From Candidatus Vampirococcus lugosii (GTDB taxonomy: Bacteria > Patescibacteriota > Gracilibacteria > Absconditabacterales > Absconditicoccaceae): a DNA stretch of 25,051 nt. The stretch spans positions 1 to 25,051 of the forward strand of contig NZ_JAEDAM010000020.1 of assembly GCF_018420025.1 (NCBI RefSeq), read 5' to 3'. Both the position numbers and the translations under genes were made by a program. The notes under the pieces are model-generated. The model was not told the origin of the DNA and searched no databases. It saw nothing but the letters and a program-made list of their open reading frames with translations. Below are positions 1 through 11,088 of this stretch, piece after piece. Each line of letters begins with the position of its first letter. Position 1 is the stretch's first letter.

Positions 1-156
1 TCTATTTCGGAAAAATTTTCAATTATGTAATATATATTCAACTACTTCTAACCAGGCATACATTATATTTTTTAGTTTATATCACATACAATCTTCTTTC
101 CTTAATTCTAATATCATTTCTTTAACCTGAGCTCATACTATTTCCAATCATACCAT
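1..156 (-). CDS. hypothetical protein, partial (C-terminus runs off the window at position 1)
   Basis: The minus-strand frame has no TAA/TAG from position 300 (stop 'cta' at 301-303) down to position 1, i.e. 100 codons. That is unlikely by chance in DNA this AT-rich. The only canonical start is ATG at 156-154 (MVGLEIVGAQVKEMILELRKEDCMGYKLKNIMYAWLEVVEYILHNGKFF...). The open frame upstream (LIKLIEETYKYLKQEYNLEKIHLRSEVERLNNYYN...) has no ATG/GTG/TTG. No family was recognised. Confidence 0.3.
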
Positions 157-307
157 AGCTAATCATATTGATGATAGTAATATATTATAATAATTATTTA
201 GTCTTTCAACTTCACTTCTTAAATGTATTTTCTCTAAATTATATTCTTGTTTTAAATATTTATATGTTTCTTCTATTAATTTAATTAAATTTAAAATAGT
301 CTAGTAC

Positions 308-335
308 TTGACAATATCAACTAATTATTTATATA
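308..335 (+). promoter_or_regulatory. sigma70-like promoter candidate for the ABC exporter
   Basis: TTGACA (308-313), a 16 nt spacer, then TATATA (330-335), 32 nt upstream of the ATG at 367. Caveat: -10-like hexamers are common in this AT-rich DNA. Confidence 0.4.
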
Positions 336-366
336 TATTTTATGTTTTATTTTAAATTATTAATAT

Positions 367-2133
367 ATGTGAGAAAAAATTGAAAAAAAAATAAGTGTAT
401 GAAATGTATTAAAATATTTATTTATTGAAGTTTGGAAAATTAGATATATAACTATATTTGCTTTTTTATCTATAGTTTGAATTAGTATTTTACAAACAAT
501 AATTCCTATATATTTCAAAGATATAGTAGATATTGCAGTTAATAACGATTTGACAAAAACAGAAATGTATGAACAAATAATGATAATATTTAATTATTTT
601 TTAATAACTATATTTTGAAGTTTTATATTTTGGAGAATTTGAGAATATTTATTAAGTTATGCTATTTTAAAATTAGACTACAACATAACTTATAATTCTT
701 TTAGTTCTTTACATAAACATTCTTATGATTTTTTTGTAAATAATTTTTCAGGTTCTTTAGTAAAAAAAACGAGTAGATTAGTAAATAGTATAGCTTCTAT
801 ATATGATATAATATTTTTTGATATAACTAGAATATTGGTAAGTATATGATTTATATTAATAATATTATTTATTGAAAATACTTATTTATGAGTAATATTC
901 TGAATATGGATATTATTAATTATAATATTTGCTTATTTTCTAAATAAAATTAGAGTTCCCTATGTGAAAGATAGTGCAAATGAAAACTCTACAGTTTTTT
1001 GACAATATTCGGATACTGTTACAAATAATTTTAATATAAAACTATTTTGAACATATGAAAAAGAAAAATTAAATTTTTTTGAAGCATTAGAAAAATGGAA
1101 AAAAAAAGAACTTAAATCTATTTATGTATTTATCATAGTATTTGCAATTATTTCTATAATAGTAATTGCTTGAGAAATATTATTACTATATACTACAATA
1201 CAGCTTTGGTATGATGATATAATTAGTATATGAGTTTTTGTTTTAATTGTAAATTATCAAATAATTATATCTAGTCAAATTTTTTGATTATCTTTTTTGA
1301 TGTGAAGATTAGCAAATAATTTTTGAGATAGTATAGATATGTTGGAAATACTTTGGAAAGATTATGAAATAATTGATAAACAAAATGCAAAAAAATTAAA
1401 AATAAATAAATGAAAAATTTATTTTCAATGAGTTAATTTTTCATACAAAAATCAAGAAAAAGTCCTTAATAATTTTGAATTAAATATAAAAGCTTGAGAA
1501 AAAATAGCAATTGTATGACAATCTGGTAGTTGAAAATCAACTTTAATCAAAATTTTATTTCGTTTTTATGATATTCAAGAATGAAAAATTTTGATAGATA
1601 ATCAAGATATATCTACAATAAAACAAGATAGTCTTAGAAGTCAAATTTCTATGGTTCCACAAGAACCTATACTTTTTCATCGTAGTTTATATGAAAATAT
1701 TGCTTATGCAAAAGATAATGTTAGTTATGATGAAGTAATAAAAGCTTCCAAAATGGCTCATTGTCATGAATTTATATCAAAATTACCAGAATGATATAAT
1801 ACTTTAGTTTGAGAAAGATGAATTAAATTAAGTTGAGGAGAAAGACAAAGAGTTGCTATTGCTAGATCAATTTTAAGTAATAATAAAATTATGGTCTTGG
1901 ATGAAGCAACTTCTAGTTTAGATTCAGAATCAGAAAAATATATTCAAGATAGTTTGGATAAAATAATGAAATGAAAAACAGTAATAGCTATTGCTCATAG
2001 ATTATCTACTATTATGAAAATGGATAGAATCGTAGTTATGAAAGATTGAAAAATCGTACAAGAATGAAGTCATGAAGAATTATTAAAAAAAGGTGGTTAT
2101 TATGAAAAATTATGGACTATTCAATCTTGATAA
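367..2133 (+). CDS. ABC transporter, fused permease/ATP-binding protein (type I exporter, MsbA/LmrA-like), 588 aa
   Basis: Table-25 translation is open from ATG 367 (preceded by TAA at 361) to TAA 2131. The N-terminal half is hydrophobic with a TMD signature ([45 protein letters not shown]). Walker A VGQSGSGKST lies at 1513-1542 with two of its Gly as TGA. Also present: Q-loop MVPQEP, signature LSGGERQR (1828-1851, first G=TGA), Walker [10 protein letters not shown] and H-loop AIAHRL. Confidence 0.92.
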
Positions 2134-2197
2134 TATGAAGATAAATAATTTAAATAAAATACTAACAAATATAGTAAGAAAAAAATAAAATATACTA

Positions 2198-2235
2198 AAA
2201 AAAATCTTCTACTTTTAAAAGTAAAAGATTTTTTT
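2198..2235. terminator. bidirectional hairpin between the convergent ABC exporter and secY
   Basis: aaaaaaatcttctactttt / aaaagtaaaagattttttt forms 19 nt inverted arms with one mismatch. An A-run and a T-run flank it, so either transcript ends in a U-tract. It lies 4 nt past the secY stop and 65 nt past the ABC stop. The stem is almost all A/T, so it is weak. Confidence 0.4.
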
Positions 2236-2239
2236 AAAA

Positions 2240-3559
2240 TTATATTTTATCATATTTTTCCATAGATAATTGAGCATTAAGTTTATTTATTATATCTTGT
2301 ACAACTCATACTATAATAATAATTCAGGCTCATTGCACAACTACAGGAATAGATCATTGTTCAATAAAAGGTATATAATATATTATATAACTATAAATTC
2401 AAATTATTCATAATCAAACACCACCCCATAAACATAAATGATATAATGTACTATTAATATATTTTGATGTTTCTTCTCACGGTCTAATTCAAGGAATAAA
2501 ACCTCACCTTTTTTGTATATTATCAGAGATCCTTTCTGGATTAAAAATAATAATTGTATAAAAGAATGTAAATAAAACTATAAGTAAAAAGTAAACTAAT
2601 ATAGCAATAACAGAAGGCTGTTCACTATAAATACTTAAATTATTAGTAATCCAATTTGCAATATTATTTACAATTTCACTATTTGTCGAATATCTCAAAA
2701 CTATTTGAGATAATAAATATGGAAATGTTATAAATGCAATAGCAAATATTATAGGAACCATTCAAACTGGATTCAAAGGTATAGGCAAAGTGGCAGTATC
2801 TTGAACTTGTCATTGTCTAGAATAGACTATAGGTATTTCTTTTTTAGTTTTAATAAGAAATACAGCTAGTACTATCAAAATTAAAACAACTAATAATGTA
2901 AAAATAATTGACATAATATTAAATCAACCCGAACTATGAGAATAAACTTGAGAAGATATTCAAGATACTATAGAAGAGAATATTAATAATGAAATTCAAT
3001 TAGCAAGTCATTTTTCAGTTATTAATTCTCATAACCATATCAAGAACATAGTAGCAACAGTCATAGTAAATGCAGCAAGAGTTATATTCAAAAACGAAGT
3101 ATCTATAACAGTTCATCATAAAACAGAATTCATAAGGAACACCATTCAATATGATTGAACAAAAGCTAATGGTAAAGTTAAATATCTTGTATATTGTTGT
3201 ATTTTCATAGTTCATACATCTCATTGCTCTTTCAACTCTTCTAATTTAGGAAGAACAGCTGTAAGTAATTGCATTATAATAGATGCATTAATAAAGGGAA
3301 TTAATCAAACAGCAATTATAGAAAACTGCTCCAAACTTCATCACATCAACATGGCAAAGAATTCTAATCATCAAGTTTCACCTGATCCACTCGCTGAATT
3401 ATTTTCTAATGTATTCATAAGCTCATGAATATCAATAAAAGGGACTGGCAAAAACACTAATAATCTATAGATTATTAATATATATAAAATAAAAAGTAAT
3501 TTATTTAATATAGTTGAGCTTTGCCATATTTCTCAAAAATAATTGAAAATTTTAAACAT
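2240..3559 (-). CDS. secY: preprotein translocase subunit SecY, 439 aa
   Basis: ATG at 3559-3557, TAA at 2242-2240. Diagnostic peptides are GGSLEQFSIIAVGLIPFINASIIMQLL, GELITEKGLANGISLLIF, PVGMVPIIFA and FNPERISDNIQKRGGFIPGIRPG. The track ORF 2504-2761 is an internal fragment cut at a TGA Gly codon. Confidence 0.95.
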
Positions 3560-3583
3560 AATTTTTTTTCAAAAAATATAAAT

Positions 3584-4039
3584 TTACTCAAACTTACATC
3601 AAACAGATTCCAATACAGATTTAGCTGATTTGGAATAAGAATCAATTCATACAAAAAACAACTTTTTATCTAATTCTCATTTAGCAAGAATTTTAACTAA
3701 AGAATTTTCTGAACGAATAATACCAAGTTCTTTTAACTTCTTTTTATTAATTGTATCTCAAGATAAGATTTTATTATTAAGTTGTAAATCAGATAAATTT
3801 ACTACTTCATAATTATCAACTAACTTATAATATCTCTTAAATCACCTTAATTTAGGTAATCTCATATTTAATGATGTTTGACCTCACTCAAATCAAGGAT
3901 TTTTAGTATATCATGATCTAGCTTTCTGTCATTTTATTCATCTAGTTGAATAATTACCTTTACCTGATCAGTTTCATCTTCCTAATCTTTTAGTTTTTTT
4001 TATAGATGAAGATCACTTCAAATAATCGTGTAAAAACAT
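3584..4039 (-). CDS. rplO: 50S ribosomal protein L15, 151 aa
   Basis: [67 protein letters not shown]. Both ends are in frame (ATG 4039, TAA 3586-3584). Confidence 0.93.
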
Positions 4040-4074
4040 ATTAATTTATAATTAAATTTTAAAACATATAATAT

Positions 4075-4548
4075 CTAACTTTTTTCTATATCTCTTTTGA
4101 ATCAATTAGATTTATACATAGTAAGAGCATAAATTGTAGCTAATGCATTATTTAACTTATTATTAGTTCAAATTATTTTTGAAAGGATATTATTATAACC
4201 TGCCAATTCCAATACTGATCTAACGGATGATCAAGCTTTCAATCAAGTACCAGGACCAGCTGGAATTAATCTAACAATAGCAGATTTAAATTTAAAAGTT
4301 TTCAAATAAGGTACAGAATCAGCACCTACTACAGGAACTTTTTTAAGATTTTTGTATGCATCATGAGTAGCTTTTTGTATAGCCCCTATAACATCACTAG
4401 ATTTAGCAATTCACAATCAGATAGTTCATTTTTTATCACCTATTACCATTACAGCTCTAAAAGCAAGTTGTCTTCATCATTTAGTAACTCTAGTAACTCT
4501 TCTTACTTCCAACAACCTCTCTTCAAATTGCTTATCTTTTTTTTCCAT
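4075..4548 (-). CDS. rpsE: 30S ribosomal protein S5, 157 aa
   Basis: Checked codon by codon: [53 protein letters not shown]...PAGPGTGLKAGSSVRSVLELAG. The stop is TAG at 4077-4075. Confidence 0.95.
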
Positions 4549-4598
4549 AAAAAGTATTTTTATAAATTAAAATTTATCACTATTTAAAATAGATAAGT

Positions 4599-4958
4599 TT
4601 ATATATTAATTTTTCAATCTCTTAATCATTCAGCAACTTGTTCAACCCTTCAATGATATATATATCAATTTCTATCAAAACAAACATCTACAAGATTTTT
4701 ATCTTGTAATTTTTTAGATAAATTCTGACCAACAATAAATGCTCTTTCCTTTTTAGTTCAAGTTTTAAGATTAAGATCATTAGATGATGCAATTACATTT
4801 CAATTAACATCAACTACTTGAGAATAAATATATTTATTAGTTCTATTAACTATAACTCTCGGCAAATTAGTATTTGTTTTCAAAATAGTATTAACTCTAT
4901 TTTTTCTTCTAGAATGCCTTCTTGATTTTTCAAAAATCTTATTAGATAATTTTTTCAT
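4599..4958 (-). CDS. rplR: 50S ribosomal protein L18, 119 aa
   Basis: ...LPRVIVNRTNKYIYSQVVDVNGNVIASS...FDRNGYIYHGRVEQVAEGLRDGKINI. ATG at 4958, TAA at 4601-4599. Confidence 0.93.
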
Positions 4959-4988
4959 TATTAAATCAAATTTAAAATATTTAAATTT

Positions 4989-5534
4989 TTATTTCTTAGC
5001 TGTTTTTCAAACCTTCAAAGTAATTTTTTCATCAAAATATCTAACTCATTTACCTTTATATGGTTCTGGTAATCTAAGAAATCTAATATTTGCTGCTACT
5101 TGTCAAACTAATTGTTTATCAATTCAAGAAATAGTAAGTATAAAATTTCATTTTGAATCTTTATCTACTTTAACATCAATTCATTCAGGAATTTCATAAT
5201 TAATAGGATGAGAATATCAAAGATTCAAAACAACTTTTTTTCATTCTACTTTTACAGAATATCAAACTCATATAACAAGAAGTTTTTTTTCAAATCAATT
5301 TTTAACTCATTCTACCATATTATTTATAAGACTTCTTACAAGTCACCATAAATTTGCATTACTATCCTCAGAAATTGAAACTTCAATATTTCAATCATTC
5401 TTTACAACACTAACTTCATTTGGGAAAGTATAATTTAATTGACCTTTTGGTCATTTTACTGAGATATTAGTTCATTTAATATCAATATCAACACCTTCCA
5501 ATATCAAGATAGGTAATTTTCAAATTCTAGACAT
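4989..5534 (-). CDS. rplF: 50S ribosomal protein L6, 181 aa
   Basis: [33 protein letters not shown]...GVGYSVKVEGKKVVLNLGYSHP...RFLRLPEPYKGKGVRY. Confidence 0.94.
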
Positions 5535-5558
5535 ATTTTTTATATTAAAATTTAAATC

Positions 5559-5963
5559 TTAATAAATTTCAGCAATTAATTCACCTCATAAACCATTATT
5601 ATAGGCTTCATGAGATGCCATAAGTCATTTATTAGTAGATACTATTCATATTCATTTTCATCAAGCAACTTTTTTAAGCATATCCCTTCAAACATAATTA
5701 CGTCTAGATGGTTTTGAAAGTATCTTAACAACAAGAATATCTTCATTAGTATTTACAACCTCTTTTAAAGTAATTTCAAAAGTTTTTTTTACTCAATCTC
5801 AAACAACTACAAAATCTTTAATAAAATTATATCTTTTCAATAAAAGTAATATTTCTTTCTTGAAATTAGAATACATAACATTATTAACGGTTGTTCTTCT
5901 TGCCATATAAGAATTTTTAATTCTTATCAACAAATCAGTCACAGGCGAATTAACAAAACTCAT
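5559..5963 (-). CDS. rpsH: 30S ribosomal protein S8, 134 aa
   Basis: MSFVNSPVTDLLIRIKNSYMARR...KPSRRNYVGRDMLKKVAGGKGIGIVSTNKGLMASHEAYNNGLGGELIAEIY. Confidence 0.94.
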
Positions 5964-5993
5964 TTTTAAATATTTCTTAAAAATTAAAATCTA

Positions 5994-6218
5994 CTATCGG
6001 CTTGATTTTCTTACTCAAACTATCAATCACTCTCTAGCATATTTTCTAAAACAAACTCTACATATTCAAAATTCTCTCATATAAGATCTAGTTCTACCAC
6101 AAACTCTACATCTATTATAATATTTTGTTGGATTATCAAGCTTGTTTCAAGATGCAAGAGACTGTAGTCTTTTTTTATCTAATTTCTCATGTTTAACTCT
6201 CAAAGATTTCCTAGCCAT
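5994..6218 (-). CDS. rpsN: 30S ribosomal protein S14, zinc-ribbon (C+) form, 74 aa
   Basis: MARKSLRVKHEKL...[42 protein letters not shown] carries a CxxC...CxxC motif. It is about 13 aa longer at the N-terminal side than the usual 61 aa Zn form. The stop is TAG at 5996-5994. Confidence 0.9.
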
Positions 6219-6240
6219 AATATATAATTATATATATAAA

Positions 6241-6780
6241 TTAATTAAATATGATTCAAAGTGTTTTCAATAACTCCTTAGCTTTATCATCATCAGTTGT
6301 AGTAGTAACTATATTTACTTGCAATCAATGAGGAGTTTTTATATCTTCTGGAAACAATTCAGGAAAAACACTTTGATTTTGAAATCATATGTTATAATTT
6401 CAATTTCCATCAAACTTTTTTGAAGAAAGTCATTCAAAATCCCTAACTCTAGGTAAAATAAGTTTAGAAAGTCTGTCCAAAAAATCGTAAGCTTTTTCTC
6501 TTCTCAAAGTTACTTTCAACATAACAGGCATTCAATCTCTCAATTTAAAATTAGAAACTGATTTTTTTGATTTAATAACAGTAGGCTTCTGACCTGAAAT
6601 AACTTCCATATTTGAAATCAAGTCTGAAAAATCTTTAACTCATTTTCTAGTTGCTAAAGATCAAATTCACATTGATATAACTATTTTATCTACTCTTGGA
6701 ACTTCAAATATATTTGATAGTCCAAATTTATTTTTTAAATCATAAATTTTTTTTTCTTTAAAATCCTTATAAAGATTCAT
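6241..6780 (-). CDS. rplE: 50S ribosomal protein L5, 179 aa
   Basis: [41 protein letters not shown]...[22 protein letters not shown]...[11 protein letters not shown]...FDGNGNYNIGF. Confidence 0.94.
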
Positions 6781-6820
6781 TAATTATAATATTAATTTTT
6801 AAAAAGACAATTATAATAAC

Positions 6821-7108
6821 TTAAGAATATATTTCTCAAGATTTCTTACAAACTCTTACTTTTTTTCAATCTCTCTCTTCTATTTTAACTTTTGTAGGTC
6901 ATTTTAATTTATCAGAATAAAGCATAACATTTGATATATCAATAGGCATAGTTTTATCAACAAATCATTCTTTTTTAACAGCTTTTTTCTTCAAATTAAC
7001 TCATTTCACTATAACTTTATTTCAAATAACCTTTTCTATAGTAGAAACTTTTTTTACATAACTTCAAGCAATTACAACTACTTTATCTCAAGATTTTATC
7101 TTTTTCAT
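6821..7108 (-). CDS. rplX: 50S ribosomal protein L24, 95 aa
   Basis: MKKIKSGDKVVVIAGSYVKKVSTIEKVIGNKVIVKGVNLKKKAVKK... (KOW motif). Confidence 0.9.
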
Positions 7109-7130
7109 AATATAAATTTTAATTCTAAAA

Positions 7131-7499
7131 TTATATAACTTCTTCTGCAATATTTGCAACCGTTCTAAATCATTTAGATCTTAATTCTTTTGCAACAGGT
7201 CAAAATATTCTTTTTCATAATGGTGAACATTCTTTATCTATTAATGCAACTGCATTATCTTCAAACCTAATATAAGTACCATCATCTCTTCTTATTTCTT
7301 TCCTAGTTCTAACAACTACTGCCCAACTAACCTCTCATTTTCAAATCTGTCAAATTGGATTAGCAGTTTTTATAGCAATAACTACTTTATCTCAAACAGT
7401 TGCAAATCATCAAAAGGGTCATTTAAGGACTCTTATAACTTTTCAAGTTTTAGCTCAAGAGTTATCAACAATTTTTACTTTAGACTCATTTTGTATCAT
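7131..7499 (-). CDS. rplN: 50S ribosomal protein L14, 122 aa
   Basis: [27 protein letters not shown]...[28 protein letters not shown]...GPVAKELR. Confidence 0.95.
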
Positions 7500-7545
7500 T
7501 TTAGTTTAGATATTATTAATAATAAAAGTGAATCAAGCTAACAAA

Positions 7546-7812
7546 TTAAGTATTTGGTTTCTGAATAATATCTACCAAAATCCATCTTTTCTGTTTACTT
7601 ATAGGCTTAGATTCTCTAATTTTTACAATATTTCATATTTGAGCAGAATTATTTTCATCATGAGCTTGATATTTTTTCTTAGATACATATCTTTTATTAT
7701 ACAAAGGATGAACTTTAACATTTTCAACCTCTACAGCTATAGTTTTATCTGATGAATTTTTTACAACTCTACCTACAAATTCTTTAATATTCTTTCAATT
7801 TATAATAGCCAT
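7546..7812 (-). CDS. rpsQ: 30S ribosomal protein S17, 88 aa
   Basis: ...FVGRVVKNSSDKTIAVEVENVKVHPLYNKRYVSKKKYQAHDENN...GNIVKIRESKPISKQKRW. Its ATG (7812-7810) overlaps the rpmC stop by 1 nt (TAATG). Confidence 0.92.
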
Positions 7813-8012
7813 TATTTATTGATTTTATGATGTAAAGCTGTATTAACTCTAGCAATATTTTTCTTCGTTAATTTAATTTTATGAGTTTGCTTCAAAGCTT
7901 TAATAGAATTCTGAATTTTTAAATCAAAAAGATCTTTTTTTAAAGCTTTTCTCAAGTCAACTAATTCTTTTAAATTTTTTTTAGAAAGTTCTATACTATT
8001 AAATTTATCCAT
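7812..8012 (-). CDS. rpmC: 50S ribosomal protein L29, 66 aa
   Basis: This is a track ORF that contains no TGA: MDKFNSIELSKKNLKELVDLRKALKKDLFDLKIQNSIKALKQTHKIKLTKKNIARVNT. Its position between rplP and rpsQ also supports the call. Confidence 0.9.
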   Translation of the reverse strand: MDKFNSIELSKKNLKELVDLRKALKKDLFDLKIQNSIKALKQTHKIKLTKKNIARVNTALHHKINK

Positions 8013-8072
8013 AATTACTTAAATAAGTATTAAATTATAAATGATTTTAATTAAGTAAAATCTAATTAAAAA

Positions 8073-8495
8073 CTATTTTACTTCTCATTTAGCAACTAAC
8101 CTAGTTGAAACAGGAAGTTTATAAGAAGCTTGCTTAAAAGCTTCTTGAGCAACTTTTTTACTAACTCAGTTTATTTCAAAAAGTATCCTTCACCTTTTTA
8201 CTCTAACTCTAAAAGCATCAACATCTCATTTACCTTTACCCATAGGCATTTCTAATCATTTTTTAGTATAAGGCACATCAGGAAAAACTCTTATCCAAAT
8301 CTTACCAAGTTTCCTAGTGTATCTAACTATCACTTTTCTAGCTGCCTCAATTTGTCTATTAGTAAGATATTCATTACTAGTAGCTTTAAGTCAAAACTCA
8401 CCAAATGCAACATAACTTCATCTACTTGAGACTCATTGTATTCTTCCTCTATGTTGTTTTCTATATTTCCATCTATTTGGAGTTAACAGTGACAT
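8073..8495 (-). CDS. rplP: 50S ribosomal protein L16, 140 aa
   Basis: [38 protein letters not shown]...[28 protein letters not shown]. The stop is TAG at 8075-8073. Confidence 0.95.
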
Positions 8496-8545
8496 TTTTA
8501 AATATAATATAATCAAATAAATTTAACAAATATATAAACTAATTT

Positions 8546-9178
8546 TTATTTATATAAATCTCATTTATATATCCAAACTTTAATTCACAAAACTCAATAT
8601 TTAGTTACTGCAGTTGTGTAATAATAATCTATATCAGCTCTTAATGTTTGTAGAGGAACTCTTCATTTTATAAATGTTTCTCATCTTGCTATATCAGCAC
8701 CTCATAATCTTCAAGTGATATAAAATTTAACTCATTTAGCTCATTTTTCCATAACTTTTTCTGTAAAAAATTTTCAAACTCTTCTAAACGGCATTCTTTT
8801 TTCTATTTGTTCAGCAGCTTGTTCAGCAACAATTTTAGATGAAAGTTCAGGAATTTTAACTTCTTTTACAGAAACTTTAAAATCTTTAGCAAATTTATTT
8901 TTTAAAATTTCTTGAAATTTATTTAAGTTCGCTCACTGCTTTCATATAATAACAGCAGGTTTTGAAGTAAATAAAATAAGCTCTCAATCTTTCTCAGTTT
9001 TTTTTATAACAATTTTAGCTATTCAAGACCTTTTAAAATAAGTATCAACTAAAGTATGAATTTTAACATCTTCTACAAAAAAGTTTGCACTTTGAGATTT
9101 AGTTTTCGCAAACCATTCTGTAGTCCATCATTTAGTAATTCAAGCCCTGAAACCTCTTGGATCTATTTTTTGTCACAT
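8546..9178 (-). CDS. rpsC: 30S ribosomal protein S3, 210 aa
   Basis: MGQKIDPRGFRAGITKGWTTEWFA...[51 protein letters not shown]. Confidence 0.95.
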
Positions 9179-9181
9179 AAA

Positions 9182-9523
9182 TTAATATTTAATATCTAAA
9201 ATAACTTTAACAAAGGATCTCTGTTTTTTATATTGATGAACTCTAGATCTTGATGCAAAATCAATTCTTTTTAATTTAGTTCATTTTCAAATTTCAATAA
9301 TTGAAATATACAAATCAGATTCAGAGAGACCTTCATTATTTTTAGCATTAGCAACAGCAGAGTTCAAAACTCTCAAAAGTATGTCGGAAGACTTATTTGG
9401 AATATGATTTAATATTCATTTAGCCTCAGATACCGATTTTCATCTAACCATTTTAGCTACTATATTTATTTTTTTTTCTGATGTTAAAGCATATTTAAGG
9501 GTAGATGTCAAAGATCTATTCAT
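9182..9523 (-). CDS. rplV: 50S ribosomal protein L22, 113 aa
   Basis: ...KINIVAKMVRGKSVSEAKGILNHIPNKSSDILLRVLNSAVANAKNNEGL...GKGTKLKRIDFASRSRVHQYKKQRSFVKV. Confidence 0.93.
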
Positions 9524-9549
9524 AATAATTTTATTTAAATTTATAAATT

Positions 9550-9807
9550 TTAAAAAGGATGTCATCTAAAAGTTCTAGTCAAAGCAAACTCTCAAAATCT
9601 ATGTCAAATCATTTCTTCTGTTACATAAACACTAATAAATTGCTTTCAATTATGTACAGCAAATGTAAATCATAACATTTCTGGACTAATTTGACATGCT
9701 CTATCCCATACTTTAAGAACTTTTTTTTCTCAAGACTCTTTCATAAGCTCAACCTTTTTTAATATCTTCGGATTTATATAAAAACCTTTTTTTAAAGATC
9801 TAGTCAT
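9550..9807 (-). CDS. rpsS: 30S ribosomal protein S19, 85 aa
   Basis: MTRSLKKGFYINPKILKKV...[52 protein letters not shown]. Confidence 0.95.
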
Positions 9808-9844
9808 TTACAATAAAATTTTAATTAATAAATTAACTCAAATA

Positions 9845-10690
9845 CTAGTTTCTAGTTCTTCTAGAAACAATAAATTTATCAGACCATTTTTTCTTTTTTC
9901 TAGTCTTTTTTCCAGGAGGTACAGGCTTTCAACTAAAAGACTTAGGATATTTAAGAGCAATATCTGTTCATCATTCTCATCATCAATGTGGATGATCAAC
10001 TGGATTCATTGCCTTTCATCTTACATGAGGTCTTTTTCACATCCATCTACTTCTTCAAGCTTTTCATAAAACTATATTTTTATGTTCTTCATTACCAACA
10101 ACTCATATAGTAGCCCAACAATTTTCATTAAATTTTCTAACTTCTCAAGAAGATAATTTAACAAAAACTATATGTAAATTAGTATCTTTACCTATAATTG
10201 TAGCAGAATTTCAAGCAGATCTCAATAATTTTCATTTAGTAAAAGGTATTACTTCCAAATTGAAAATTTTATATCATTCAGGAATATTTTTAAGCTGTTT
10301 TCTATAACCATTTTCATACTCATCAGTATTAGTATTCAAAATAGTATCTCATATAGATGCTCATTTCCATGCTATAACATATCTCTTTTCTCAATCCAAA
10401 AAAGATATCAAAGCTATTCTTGCTTTTCTATAAGGATCATATTCTATACTTACTACTTTTCCAGGTATATCTAATTTATCATAACCTATAAAATCAACTA
10501 TTCTATATAATTTTTTATGACCTCATCATCTAGATCTAACAGTAATTCTTCAAGAACTATTTCTTCATGCATTACTCTTCAAAAACTTCACCAAACTTTT
10601 CTCAGGTCTTTTCTGAGTCAATCAAGTAAAATCATATCAAGTCATATACCTTCTAGATGGTGTATATGGTTTATATACTTTTATTCACAT
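9845..10690 (-). CDS. rplB: 50S ribosomal protein L2, 281 aa
   Basis: [17 protein letters not shown]...[16 protein letters not shown]...[25 protein letters not shown]. The GGGEGG block at 9968-9985 is encoded by five TGA codons. The stop is TAG at 9847-9845. Confidence 0.96.
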
Positions 10691-10707
10691 TTTTTAAATT
10701 AAAATAA

Positions 10708-11055
10708 TTAAAAACTACTTAACTTATCAATTTTATCTTCAGAATTTAATGTAACGATTGCTCTTTTATATGATCTTCTAACTAAACCTTTTCTAGCTCT
10801 TAATTTATAAGGAACTTTTTGAATATTAACAGACACAGGAGAAACACCAAAAACTTCTTTTATAGCAACTTTTACATCATTTTTGTTAGCTAAACTATTA
10901 ACCTTAAAATAATATTTATTTAAATCACTTGTTTGCTTATATGTTTTCTCTGTACGAATTGGTTTAATTATAACATCATATACAGAAATTTTATTCAAAA
11001 CATTAGTTGAAACACTTTTTTTAGCTCTTTTTCTTAATATATTTTTGAAAGTCAT
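10708..11055 (-). CDS. rplW: 50S ribosomal protein L23, 115 aa
   Basis: This is a track ORF with no TGA and a real TAA stop: ...VYDVIIKPIRTEKTYKQ...YYFKVNSLANKNDVKVAIKEVFGVSPVSVNI. Its position between rplD and rplB also supports the call. Confidence 0.9.
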   Translation of the reverse strand: MTFKNILRKRAKKSVSTNVLNKISVYDVIIKPIRTEKTYKQTSDLNKYYFKVNSLANKNDVKVAIKEVFGVSPVSVNIQKVPYKLRARKGLVRRSYKRAIVTLNSEDKIDKLSSF

Positions 11056-11088
11056 TTTAACATAAATAGTATTAAATTTTAAATTTTA

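Noticed and set aside
3015-3224. Minus-strand track ORF (69 aa, MRCMNYENTT...) inside secY
   Set aside because: It is out of frame with the secY reading frame, which is continuous and conserved through this region. The ORF exists only because the standard code breaks secY at TGA codons.
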